Assembly (NCBI GenBank): GCA_963749705.1
Contig: CAVVNQ010000011.1
Span: 1 to 64,000 of the forward strand
From: an uncultured Chloroflexia bacterium
Lineage (GTDB): Bacteria > Chloroflexota > Limnocylindria > Limnocylindrales > CSP1-4
DNA: 64,000 nucleotides
Reading direction: 5' to 3'
A program made the position numbers and the translations under genes. The notes under the pieces are model-generated. The model did no database searches, had not been told where the DNA came from, and saw nothing but the letters and a program-made list of their open reading frames with translations. Positions 25,753 through 34,446 of the stretch are shown piece by piece (position 1 is the stretch's first letter; each line of letters opens with the position of its first letter).

Positions 25753-26664
25753 TCAGCGCAGGTACCGTGCGATCGGGTCGTCGGCAGGGACGATCCGGGC
25801 CGACACACCCCCGATCGCGGCGCGGGACGCGAGGCTGCCGTCCGTCCGGAAGTGGGCGATCTGGTAGCTGTCGGGCGCCAGCTCGGCTGCCACCCGTTCC
25901 GTGGCCACGCTGACCCGGGCCACCGTCTCGACCTGCATCCGGGCGAGGTGCGCGCGGCTGACCTCCACCGCGTGGACGCGCCGGCGGTCTCCCGTCCCGA
26001 ACGACCAGGTGTGGAGGATCGACCGCTCCGCGAGCGAGGCGAGGTCGATCCCGTCCGGTTCGCCGGCGGCGACGATGGCGATCACATACCGAGCGAAGAC
26101 CTCGTATTTGTGGAAGCGACCCAGCACGACCGCGCCTCCCCAGCCGTCCGGGACCCAGGGGTGCCGAGAGAAGAAGCGTTCCGCCATTCGCGGTCCGACG
26201 TAGGGGTTGCGCAGCGTGTCGCCGTCCATCGGGTAAGCAAGGACGTCGCCGACGTCCAGCACGAACGTCTCGGGCGCCGCAAGGATGCGTCGCGGGCGCG
26301 GCTTTGGGTTCGGCGTCCGCCACCGCTCGGCGAGCCCGGCCAGCACTCTGGCGCGGCGATCGAGGTCACGCGGCGTCATGCCCAATAGGCGGAGCGCCGC
26401 CAGGTCGGTGCCATCGGCGATGAGCTGCGCCGCCCGGGAGAACGTCTGCGGATGGTCGATGCCATACGCCCAGAACAGGTCGGCGATCGCGAGCCACAGC
26501 ACCGGGTAGTCGGTGTCAGCCGGGTCGGTAGCCGATGGGTAGCGGGCGATCGCCCAGGCGACGAGCCGATCGCCGTCCCAGGGAGCCCGGACGACCGACC
26601 GGAAGTCGTCGCGCAGGTCAGCCGCGGTGTCGTTCGCGAACAGCCCGATGCCCCACGTGCCCAC
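25753..26664 (-). CDS. Hypothetical protein with DUF4259-like N-terminus
   Basis: GTWGIGLFANDTAAD motif; GTG start inferred (ORF extends to 26673). Confidence 0.6.
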   Translation of the reverse strand: MGTWGIGLFANDTAADLRDDFRSVVRAPWDGDRLVAWAIARYPSATDPADTDYPVLWLAIADLFWAYGIDHPQTFSRAAQLIADGTDLAALRLLGMTPRDLDRRARVLAGLAERWRTPNPKPRPRRILAAPETFVLDVGDVLAYPMDGDTLRNPYVGPRMAERFFSRHPWVPDGWGGAVVLGRFHKYEVFARYVIAIVAAGEPDGIDLASLAERSILHTWSFGTGDRRRVHAVEVSRAHLARMQVETVARVSVATERVAAELAPDSYQIAHFRTDGSLASRAAIGGVSARIVPADDPIARYLR

Positions 26665-26736
26665 GTCGAGCATCTTGGCACGGGGGTAGAAGAGGTCAAG
26701 CCCGCCGCGCGGGACGGTCGACGGGAGCCGATCGCC

Positions 26737-26797
26737 ACGCGCCCGGGGTGAAGGTCACATGGGACGCAGCTCGAACACGTGGCGGCCTTCGGCCATC
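26737..26797 (-). repeat. 61-bp duplicate of the 3' end of nitroreductase gene 32931..33413
   Basis: Matches 32913..32973 with 4 mismatches by eye; encodes MAEGRHVFELRPM*. Confidence 0.9.
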
Positions 26798-26851
26798 GCG
26801 CCGGCTTCGTCACGCCTGCGGTGCCAGTTCCTCTGCTCTACCGGCGGGATA

Positions 26852-27814
26852 TCAGCGGCTCGCCGTCATTCGAGGGTGATTCACCAGGAACCCCCAGATG
26901 ACCGCCAGGTCGTCGATGCCGGGGCCGAGCCACGTGTCGACCAAGCCATTGGCCTTGATGAACTCGACCTCCACGCCACCGGAACACGTCGAGGAGGTGG
27001 TCGTCACCACGATCCCCTCCGTGGTGGTGGTCGGCTCGCCGGTGCAGCCATCGGCCTGACGCCAGCGGTCCATGGTCTGGAGGACGGTCGGGCAGGGCCC
27101 ACCACAGTCATTTCCACCCTCCGTTGGGGAGGTGACTGTGTCGTCAGAGCCGTAGATGTGGAGCACGGGGATTGGGCGTGCCGGGCTGCAGTCCACGAGG
27201 AGCTGGGCGTCGACGCCGACAACGGCGACGGCTGCAAACCGGTCCGCCATCTCGCACGCGGCACGGTACGCCATCGAACCGCCGGTTCCGTCGCCCCCGA
27301 TGAACACGCGGTTGGGATTGATCGGGAAGTCGGCCTCAAGCCGGCCGATCAGCCCCCACATGAACGGGATGTCGTCGGGGGCCGCGTTTGGCATGAAGCA
27401 GCAGGTGCCGGAGTTCCAGCGGCTCCCGTCGGCCTCGGGATAGACGAGGACGGCACCGGGATCTTTCACCAGCGTATCGGCGCCGCTTATCTGCCGGGCC
27501 TCGGACGGCGTCACGCTGGGTCTGGACATGATCACGAACAGCGGCAGCGGCTCGCGCTCGGCCGCGTCAGATGGCGCGACGACGACGTAGGTCCGCGTCA
27601 GACCGCCTACCTCGATGTGCCCGATCGTCGCGGTCACCGAGGCGGGTGCCGACGGCGTGACGGTGGCGCCGCTGGTGGTCCGGGTGACCATGGTCGGGCT
27701 GGGCGTCCGGACTACCGGCGATTTCGGCGCTGTGGGGGCGGTGCCGCCGCCACAGCCGATCAGGAGCACCGTGGTCACGAGGAACGCTGCGGGAGCTCGA
27801 CCTGGGTTCTGCAT
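26852..27814 (-). CDS. Lipoprotein esterase paralog lacking catalytic Ser and His (pseudo-enzyme)
   Basis: Colinear with the other two esterases, but GDGTG replaces GGSNG, LVDTW replaces GHxW, and MSRP replaces LHG. Confidence 0.8.
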   Translation of the reverse strand: MQNPGRAPAAFLVTTVLLIGCGGGTAPTAPKSPVVRTPSPTMVTRTTSGATVTPSAPASVTATIGHIEVGGLTRTYVVVAPSDAAEREPLPLFVIMSRPSVTPSEARQISGADTLVKDPGAVLVYPEADGSRWNSGTCCFMPNAAPDDIPFMWGLIGRLEADFPINPNRVFIGGDGTGGSMAYRAACEMADRFAAVAVVGVDAQLLVDCSPARPIPVLHIYGSDDTVTSPTEGGNDCGGPCPTVLQTMDRWRQADGCTGEPTTTTEGIVVTTTSSTCSGGVEVEFIKANGLVDTWLGPGIDDLAVIWGFLVNHPRMTASR

Positions 27815-27834
27815 GTCCGTCCTCCCTTCCCCTC

Positions 27835-28803
27835 CTAGCTCGCCCCAGGCGAGCGCGGGTGGTTCATGAAGAACGCCCAGGTCACGGCCCGGTCGTCAGG
27901 GTCGCTCGTGTACCAGTGGTGCCCCTTGCCAATCGCCTTGATGAAGGTGACGGCGGTTCCGCCTTCGCAGTCCGCCCAGCTCGTCTCGACCGTCCTGGCG
28001 TTCTCGGTCACCGTCGGGTCGCCGTTGCAGCCGTCGATCTGGCGCCAGCGCTGCATGGTCTCGGCGAACGAGGGGCATTCCACCAGTGGCGGGCAGTACT
28101 CCACCTTCCCACCGTCGATGGGAATAGTGTCATCGGCGGTGCCGTGGATGGCGATGACCGACACCGGCTGGCTGGGGTGGCAGGGGACGAGCATGGCGCC
28201 GACGACGTCGGCGACCGCCGCCACGTGGGAAGACAGCTCACAGGCCGCGAGGTATGCCATCTGGCCGCCATTAGAGCCGCCAAGGATGAAGACGCGGTTC
28301 GGATCGATCGGGTAGTCGACCTCCATCCGGTCGATGAGGGTCCTGATGAATGCGACATCGTCGACGCCCGTGTCGGTGGCGCCGGCGTTCCAGCCGGTGT
28401 ACTTGCCGAGGAACGCATTGGTCATGCCCTGCGGATACGCCACAACCGCCCCGGGATCGATCGCCATCGCGTCGTAGCCGGTCATGAATTTGGCGTCGTA
28501 CATCGTCTCCCCCGCCCCGTGAAGCACCAGCAGGAGCGGCATCGGATCGCGGTCGGCCACGTCCGGTGGGGTGACGACGAGGTAGTCGCGCATGAGATCG
28601 CCGACCTGGATGTGCGCGGCCGCCGGCGGGGCCGAGGCGGCTGCCGTCGGCGCGACGGTGGTCACGCTGGCGGCGGGGGTGACCGCTGTCGGCGTGGCCG
28701 TGGCGGCTGCCGACGAGGTCGTCGGTGTGGGGGCGCCGTCTCCGCCGCACCCGACCAGCAGCAGCGCGAGCACTGCTGCGGCGGATCGACGCGTGATCTT
28801 CAT
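27835..28803 (-). CDS. Lipoprotein esterase, PHB depolymerase/LpqC-like, paralog B
   Basis: LVGC, LVLHGAG, GGSNGG, IHGTADD, GHHW. Confidence 0.88.
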   Translation of the reverse strand: MKITRRSAAAVLALLLVGCGGDGAPTPTTSSAAATATPTAVTPAASVTTVAPTAAASAPPAAAHIQVGDLMRDYLVVTPPDVADRDPMPLLLVLHGAGETMYDAKFMTGYDAMAIDPGAVVAYPQGMTNAFLGKYTGWNAGATDTGVDDVAFIRTLIDRMEVDYPIDPNRVFILGGSNGGQMAYLAACELSSHVAAVADVVGAMLVPCHPSQPVSVIAIHGTADDTIPIDGGKVEYCPPLVECPSFAETMQRWRQIDGCNGDPTVTENARTVETSWADCEGGTAVTFIKAIGKGHHWYTSDPDDRAVTWAFFMNHPRSPGAS

Positions 28804-28866
28804 CTCACGCTCCTTGCGTCGCCGACCTCACGGGTGGCTGGCGGCCCTCCGGTGCGGCTGGCACGT

Positions 28867-29739
28867 CTATGACCCGAGGAACGGCGCGAGGAACGCCTGC
28901 TCCGCCGGCGTGTCGAGCCGTTGGGCGTAGCCGGTCCCGATGCAGTCCAGGGCCCCTCCGTGGAAGACGGAGACCTGTGTGGTTGAGCCGCCCAGGAACT
29001 GCGGTGAGCCCGAGTCGCCTACGCACAGGGCCGCGTTGCCGGGCAGGTCGCCCGTCGTCTGGGTCAGCTCGAGCCAGTTGTCCGTGCCATCGATGAGCGA
29101 GGCGCGGCCGGTCTTTCGGTAGCCGGCGATGTACACCCCGCCGTCCTGGAGCTGTGCCCCGTAGCCAACGATCGTCAGGCGCGGCCCCTGACGGTTCCCG
29201 GCGGCGGCCAGATGCGAGAGCTGGCCGGGGTGCACGAGATCGACCGGCATGACGCCCGCAAAGGTGCCGGGTGCGAACTGGACGATGGCCACGTCATGCT
29301 CGCCGCCGGTCACTTCCGTGTAGGTCGCCGGGTCATAGAGCGGATGGACGATCGCGCCGGACGCGTAGGCGATGGCCGACTCCGGCACGGTCAGGGCACA
29401 GCATCCGGGATAGTCGTCGGGGAAGTACCCGCCCGGTACCACGGGATCGGCCGGCGACCCGGCCACCAGGGTGACCGCCCAGGTGACATTCGGCGGCAGG
29501 CTGACGAGCGGCGGGATGATGCAATGCGCCGCGACCAGGAAGGCGTCGTCGCCGATCACGCTGCCGCTGCAGATGGCGAACGGCGGGGTGCCGCCGGGAC
29601 CATCGATGTCGAAGGCCAGGATGCCCACGTTGGGATGAGCATCCCCGTCCGGGCTGCCACCCTCGATTGCCAAGGCCGATGTTGCGGAAACGGCGGCCAG
29701 GGCGGCCGCGGCCAGGAGCGCCGGGATTCGGCCTGCCAT
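28867..29739 (-). CDS. Secreted S1 serine protease, paralog B
   Basis: Signal peptide, VAAHC, HDVAIV, GDSGSP; colinear with 18100..18963. Confidence 0.9.
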   Translation of the reverse strand: MAGRIPALLAAAALAAVSATSALAIEGGSPDGDAHPNVGILAFDIDGPGGTPPFAICSGSVIGDDAFLVAAHCIIPPLVSLPPNVTWAVTLVAGSPADPVVPGGYFPDDYPGCCALTVPESAIAYASGAIVHPLYDPATYTEVTGGEHDVAIVQFAPGTFAGVMPVDLVHPGQLSHLAAAGNRQGPRLTIVGYGAQLQDGGVYIAGYRKTGRASLIDGTDNWLELTQTTGDLPGNAALCVGDSGSPQFLGGSTTQVSVFHGGALDCIGTGYAQRLDTPAEQAFLAPFLGS

Positions 29740-29813
29740 CGTGCTTCCTCCGTGTCAGCGTCACGGGACGCTCCGGTGGCCGGCTGCGCATCGCGAGCTC
29801 CCGATCTGCGGCG

Positions 29814-29847
29814 ACGCTACGGTCCGGGCGTAAACACGGGCTAAACG
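29814..29847 (-). promoter_or_regulatory. SARP/AfsR-type promoter copy 2
   Basis: Minus strand CGTTTAGCC-CG-TGTTTACGC-N8-TAGCGT directly after the regulator stop codon. Confidence 0.72.
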
Positions 29848-29862
29848 AGGGGGTCCTCTGGT

Positions 29863-32610
29863 CTATGCGGTTGCGAGCAGCCCGAGCGCCGCCTCGGCCT
29901 CCGTCGTCTCGATGGCGTACTTCCAGCGGTGCGCGAGCTCGAGCGCCTCGTCCAGGAAAAGTCGCGCTCGTTCCGTGTCGCCTCTCGCGGCCTGCGTCTG
30001 ACCGAGGCAGGTGTAGGCGGCCGCGATTCCTCTCGGGTCGTGGCGCGACTGGAACTCCTCGATCCCGGTACGCGCGGACCTCTCGGCGTCGTCGAGCAGG
30101 CCGAGCTGAAGCTGCACGCGGGCGAGGTGGATGTGCGTCCAGCCCGCCTGAGCGCTGCCGCGCATCTCGAAGTAGCCGTCCCTCGAGCGGAGCAGGTACC
30201 TGAGGGCGCTTTCGAGGTCGCCGCGCAGGTGGCGGGCGACACCCATCAGCTCATCGGTGAAGTGCAGGCCCTCCGGGTCCGCCAGCTGTCCGAAGATCAG
30301 GTGGGCGCGCTCGATCGCCTGCTCCGCCTCGTCGAAGCGTCCTTCCACCAAGCGGCACTGCCCGAGCCCCGCAAGGGCGAATGCGAACAGGCCGGGATCG
30401 GCGTCCTCGCACGCCGCGACCGCGCTCGCGACGGTCGCTGGCGCCTCCGGGACGCCGGCGCTGAGCTGGAGATGGGCCTTGACCATGAGCGCGCGAGGAC
30501 GCCAACGGCTCTCGTCTGGCGCGAGGTGGAGGGCGCGCTGGAGGTACTCGAGGCCCTCGCTCAGCTGGCTCGTCCGGTACCAGTAGACGCCGAGCGCAGA
30601 GGCCATCTTCAGCGCGGTGTCGCCGTCTCCGTGGTCGAGCGACCAGCTCAGCGCAGCGTGCAGGTTCTCCTGCTCCGCGTAGCCACGCTCGAGCCAGGCG
30701 GCGAGACCGGGCTCGAGGAGACGCCGGAAGAGCTCCTCCCCAAGCGCGGTGTAGTGGTCGCGGTGACGCTCGGCAGCGGCCGTGAACACGCGAGTGGCGC
30801 CTTCACGGTTGCGGACGAACGCGCGCACCGTCTGGAGCAAGCGGTAGCGCGGCTCCCGGGCGTCGAGGGTGAGCAGCGACCGGTCCACGAGCTGCGCCAG
30901 CAGGGGAAGCGCCGCGTCGGGGTCGGCCGGGTTGTCCGTTGCGACCGCGCACGCGGCGGCCGCGTCGAAGCTGCCAGGGAAGACGGCGAGACCGGCCAGC
31001 GCCCGGCGCTCGTCGTCGCTCAGCTGCGCATAGCTCCAGTCGATCGCCGTCTCGAGCGTCCGGTGGCGTGCGGGGGCGCCGCGTTGGCCCTCGCCGAGGA
31101 CCTCCAGTCGGCGCTCGAGGATCCGGTCGAGCTCGGCCAGCGGGAGCGAACGCAACCTGCCGGCAGCCAGCTCGATCGCCAGCGGCAACCCATCCAGCCG
31201 CGCCACGATCCGGGCGATGGCCGATGCGTCCGCGTCTGTAAGTTGCTCGCGATCCAGCGAGCCCCCACCTCGAGCGACGAACAGCTGGGCGGCCTGGTAG
31301 TCCAGGAGACGATCGGCATCGAGCATGGTCTCCGAGGGGGTCCGGAGCGGCGGCACGGCGTGCACGACCTCCCCGCCGATGTGGAGCGGCTCGCGGCTCG
31401 TGGCCAGCAGATGGGCGCCGGCGGTCTCCGCAAGCACCCGGCCGAGCAGTGGCGCGACGACAGGCAACACATGCTCGCAGTTGTCGACGATCAGCAGCAT
31501 CCGGGCGCCGCGCAGGCGTGCGATCAACAGGTAGTCGGCCGGCGAGTCCCCACCCGCGTCCCGAAGGGCAAGCACGCGCGTGAACGCGCCTGGCACGCCA
31601 TCGGAGTCGGCGGATGCGAGATCGATCCACCAGATACCCTCCGGAAACTGGTGTCGCAGCCGGGCGGCGGCTTCAATGGCGAGCCGCGTCTTGCCCACCC
31701 CGGCGGGCCCCACCAGCGACACAAGGCGCTCCTGGCCAACGAGCCGGATCAGCAGCGAGAGCTCGTCGTCACGGCCGATCAGGTTCGTCGCATGGCGGGG
31801 GACGCCATGCAGACGACCGACCTCTTCGTGGTCGAGCGTCCGCTCCTGCAGCAGGATCATGCGTTCCAGGCGTTGCAGCTCTTCGCCGGCATCCAGCCCG
31901 AACGCATCGGCCAGGACCGTATGCGCCTCGCGGTACGCCGCAAGCGCCTCGACCTGCCGGCCCGAGCGATAGAGGGCAAGCATCAGCTGCGCCCACGATC
32001 GCTCTCGCTCCGGTGCCTGCGTCACCCGCGCTCGCAGCGCCGACACCAGCTCGCGGTGCTGCCCCTGGTCCAGCCGAGCCTCGACGAGATCCTCCTCGAG
32101 CAGCAGGCGCAGCTCGAGCAGCCGCTCCCGCTCGGATCGCACCGCATCGAGATCATCGAGCCCCTCCAGCGGTCGCCCGCGCACGAGCGCCAGCGCGGAC
32201 GTCAGGAGCCCTTCCGCCATCGAAGGGTCTCCCTCCGAAAGGGCCAGGCGTGCCGCCTTTGCCAGCGCGTCCAGCCGATCGACGTCCACCTCCCCGGCGT
32301 CCGCCGCCAGCCGATACCCGGCGGGCCCGCTCACGAGCGCCGAACCATCGGCGTCCGCGACCAGCTTCCGAAGCCGGGAGAGGTAGGTGCGCACGGTCTG
32401 CACCGCGTTTGCGGGAGGCTCGCCGGGCCACAGCGCGTCCACGAGCGCGTCGGCGGAGACGAACTCGCCTCGGCGCACGAGGAGGACCGCCAACACCGCC
32501 CTTTGCTGCGGCGACCCCAACGCGAGCGGACGGCCATCGCGCCATGCCGCAAGCGGGCCGAGCAACCCGAACCGGAGCCCCGTCGTCCGTCCGCGATCCT
32601 GGTCCATCAA
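29863..32610 (-). CDS. AfsR/SARP family regulator (wHTH, BTAD, STAND ATPase, TPR)
   Basis: FGLLGPL, LMLALYRSGRQVEALAAY, GPAGVGKTRLA, LIVDNCEH, LDGLPLAIELAA, TPR tail. Confidence 0.93.
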   Translation of the reverse strand: MMDQDRGRTTGLRFGLLGPLAAWRDGRPLALGSPQQRAVLAVLLVRRGEFVSADALVDALWPGEPPANAVQTVRTYLSRLRKLVADADGSALVSGPAGYRLAADAGEVDVDRLDALAKAARLALSEGDPSMAEGLLTSALALVRGRPLEGLDDLDAVRSERERLLELRLLLEEDLVEARLDQGQHRELVSALRARVTQAPERERSWAQLMLALYRSGRQVEALAAYREAHTVLADAFGLDAGEELQRLERMILLQERTLDHEEVGRLHGVPRHATNLIGRDDELSLLIRLVGQERLVSLVGPAGVGKTRLAIEAAARLRHQFPEGIWWIDLASADSDGVPGAFTRVLALRDAGGDSPADYLLIARLRGARMLLIVDNCEHVLPVVAPLLGRVLAETAGAHLLATSREPLHIGGEVVHAVPPLRTPSETMLDADRLLDYQAAQLFVARGGGSLDREQLTDADASAIARIVARLDGLPLAIELAAGRLRSLPLAELDRILERRLEVLGEGQRGAPARHRTLETAIDWSYAQLSDDERRALAGLAVFPGSFDAAAACAVATDNPADPDAALPLLAQLVDRSLLTLDAREPRYRLLQTVRAFVRNREGATRVFTAAAERHRDHYTALGEELFRRLLEPGLAAWLERGYAEQENLHAALSWSLDHGDGDTALKMASALGVYWYRTSQLSEGLEYLQRALHLAPDESRWRPRALMVKAHLQLSAGVPEAPATVASAVAACEDADPGLFAFALAGLGQCRLVEGRFDEAEQAIERAHLIFGQLADPEGLHFTDELMGVARHLRGDLESALRYLLRSRDGYFEMRGSAQAGWTHIHLARVQLQLGLLDDAERSARTGIEEFQSRHDPRGIAAAYTCLGQTQAARGDTERARLFLDEALELAHRWKYAIETTEAEAALGLLATA

Positions 32611-32765
32611 GGTCGCCTCTCGACACTCCGCGCGATTGTCCTACGGAGTGCAATTCCTGACCAGCGGGGAGTTCCCGACCAGCGGGCAGACAGGGTGGCC
32701 ATGCCCCGGCCCGCCGTCCGCCGGAGCGCGCGGATCGCGGACGCGGCCAGCACCGGGCTGGGCGC

Positions 32766-32891
32766 GGATGCGGCGCCACAGACCACGAAGTCGACGTTGT
32801 CGGGCAGATTCAGGCCGTCTCGGCCCTCGATCTCGCCCCCGGACGGTGCCCGGTGGCGCATTAGCCCGACTTCGTGGCGCGCCAGCCAACA
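32766..32891. repeat. Second REP-like inverted pair
   Basis: GCGGCGCCACAGACCACGAAGTCG and GACTTCGTGGCGCGCCAGCCAACA, the same family as 25465..25732. Confidence 0.75.
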
Positions 32892-32930
32892 TGGGTCGGC
32901 CCGGCGGCTTGGACGCGCCCGGGGTGGAGC

Positions 32931-33413
32931 TCACATGGGACGCAGCTCGAACACGCGGCGGCCTTCCGCCATCTCCTCCGGACGGTTCACATCGACACCG
33001 TCGACGGCGCGGATGAACCAGACGCCGAACCGCATGCCGCGCGCGACGGGTCCCAGGACGTCGCGGAAGAACGCGACCCGCTCCGCGGGATCGAGCTCGG
33101 TCGCACGAACCTCCTCGGTCTCGCCGCGCACGGTGATCGTCGCGTGGCCGGCCGCCCGCAGGTTCCGCACCCAGTCCGTCTCGCCCCATGGAGACCAGAC
33201 CCAGCGCCGGTCACCGGTCTCGATGATCGCGAGGGGCGTGGAGCGCGGGAGGCCGCTTCGACGGCCGGGTACGGTGACGAGCGCGTTGGGGCCCATCGGC
33301 ATCCCGGCACCGAGCAGGCGCCTGGAGATCGGGTTGAGCAGCGGAAGAATCCGGGGCGGGCGGCCCGGCTCGTGAAGGCCGGTCGCTCGAGGGTCGGCTG
33401 TCGTGTGCGTCAT
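32931..33413 (-). CDS. Deazaflavin-dependent nitroreductase family protein
   Basis: LVTVPGRRSGLPRSTPL, WVRNLRAAG, VFEL. Confidence 0.85.
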   Translation of the reverse strand: MTHTTADPRATGLHEPGRPPRILPLLNPISRRLLGAGMPMGPNALVTVPGRRSGLPRSTPLAIIETGDRRWVWSPWGETDWVRNLRAAGHATITVRGETEEVRATELDPAERVAFFRDVLGPVARGMRFGVWFIRAVDGVDVNRPEEMAEGRRVFELRPM

Positions 33414-33444
33414 CGGTGATTTCCTTTCAGAATCAAGGTCTCAA

Positions 33445-33477
33445 CAAGGTGAACCCGCGCAACAGCCCGATGTGACA
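33445..33477 (-). promoter_or_regulatory. ECF41-type promoter for the divergent nitroreductase
   Basis: Minus strand TGTCACA (-35) at 33477..33471; -10 element less clear. Confidence 0.55.
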
Positions 33478-33549
33478 ACGTGTCGCGCCGATGCCGGCGA
33501 CGGATGGATCGGCGGCCCGGCGGGCGATCCATGGTTGGATGTGAATGCG

Positions 33550-34446
33550 ATGACCGATCAGGACCTGCTGGCGCAGCAATTCGAGGCCAATCGCCCGCAC
33601 CTGCGAGCGGTTGCCTATCGCATGCTCGGTTCGCTGGCCGAGGCGGAGGACGCGGTGCAGGAGGCCTGGATCCGTCTCAGCCGGTCCGATACGAGCGAGG
33701 TCGAGAACCTGCGTGCCTGGCTGACCACCGTTGTCTCCCGGATATGCCTCAACCTCCTGCGCACCCGGCGGACCCACCCTGAGGCGCCAATCGAGACCCA
33801 CGTCGCCGATCCGATCGTGAGCCCCCCGTCGGGGATCGATCCCGAGCACGAGGCGCTGCTCGGCGACTCGGTCGGGCTTGCGATGCTGGCGGTCCTCGAC
33901 ACCCTGAACCCCGCGGAACGGGTGGCGTTCGTGCTCCACGACGTGTTCGGCGTCCCGTTCGAGGAGATCGCACCGATCGTCGGACGGTCGCCGGCGGCCG
34001 CCCGACAGCTCGCGAGCCGGGCCCGTCGCCGCGTTCGTGGGGCGCCGGTGCCCGACGCTGATCTCGGGGCGCAGTGGGCCGTGGTGGATGCGTTTCTCGC
34101 GGCGTCACGCGACGGCGACTTCGAGCGGCTTCTCGCGGTGCTCGATCCTGATGTCGTGCTTCGCTCCGACGGTGGCCTGGACCGACCGGGCCTGGCGTCG
34201 CTGCTGCGCGGCGCGGATGCCGTCGCCGCAGGCGCGATGTCCTTCCGGCGGCTGGCGGAGATGGCGACGCCGGTGCTGGTCAACGGCGTCGCGGGCGGCG
34301 TGGCGTGGACGCCGGACGGTCGCCCGTTCGCCGTCGGCTCGCTCACGGTCGCGGGCGGCCGGATCGTCTCGATCGACATCCTCGCCGACCCGGAACGGCT
34401 GAGCCGGCTCGATCTCACCGCGGTCGGGGAAAGAGCAAGCTTCTAG
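33550..34446 (+). CDS. ECF41/SigJ-type sigma factor with SnoaL-like C-terminal extension
   Basis: AYRMLGS, AEDAVQEAW, ERVAFVLHDVF, RQLASRARR, SDGG, VNG motifs. Confidence 0.9.
   Translation: MTDQDLLAQQFEANRPHLRAVAYRMLGSLAEAEDAVQEAWIRLSRSDTSEVENLRAWLTTVVSRICLNLLRTRRTHPEAPIETHVADPIVSPPSGIDPEHEALLGDSVGLAMLAVLDTLNPAERVAFVLHDVFGVPFEEIAPIVGRSPAAARQLASRARRRVRGAPVPDADLGAQWAVVDAFLAASRDGDFERLLAVLDPDVVLRSDGGLDRPGLASLLRGADAVAAGAMSFRRLAEMATPVLVNGVAGGVAWTPDGRPFAVGSLTVAGGRIVSIDILADPERLSRLDLTAVGERASF

Noticed and set aside
26737-32973. Prophage, ICE or transposon
   Set aside because: No integrase, transposase, relaxase or phage gene recognised anywhere in the window
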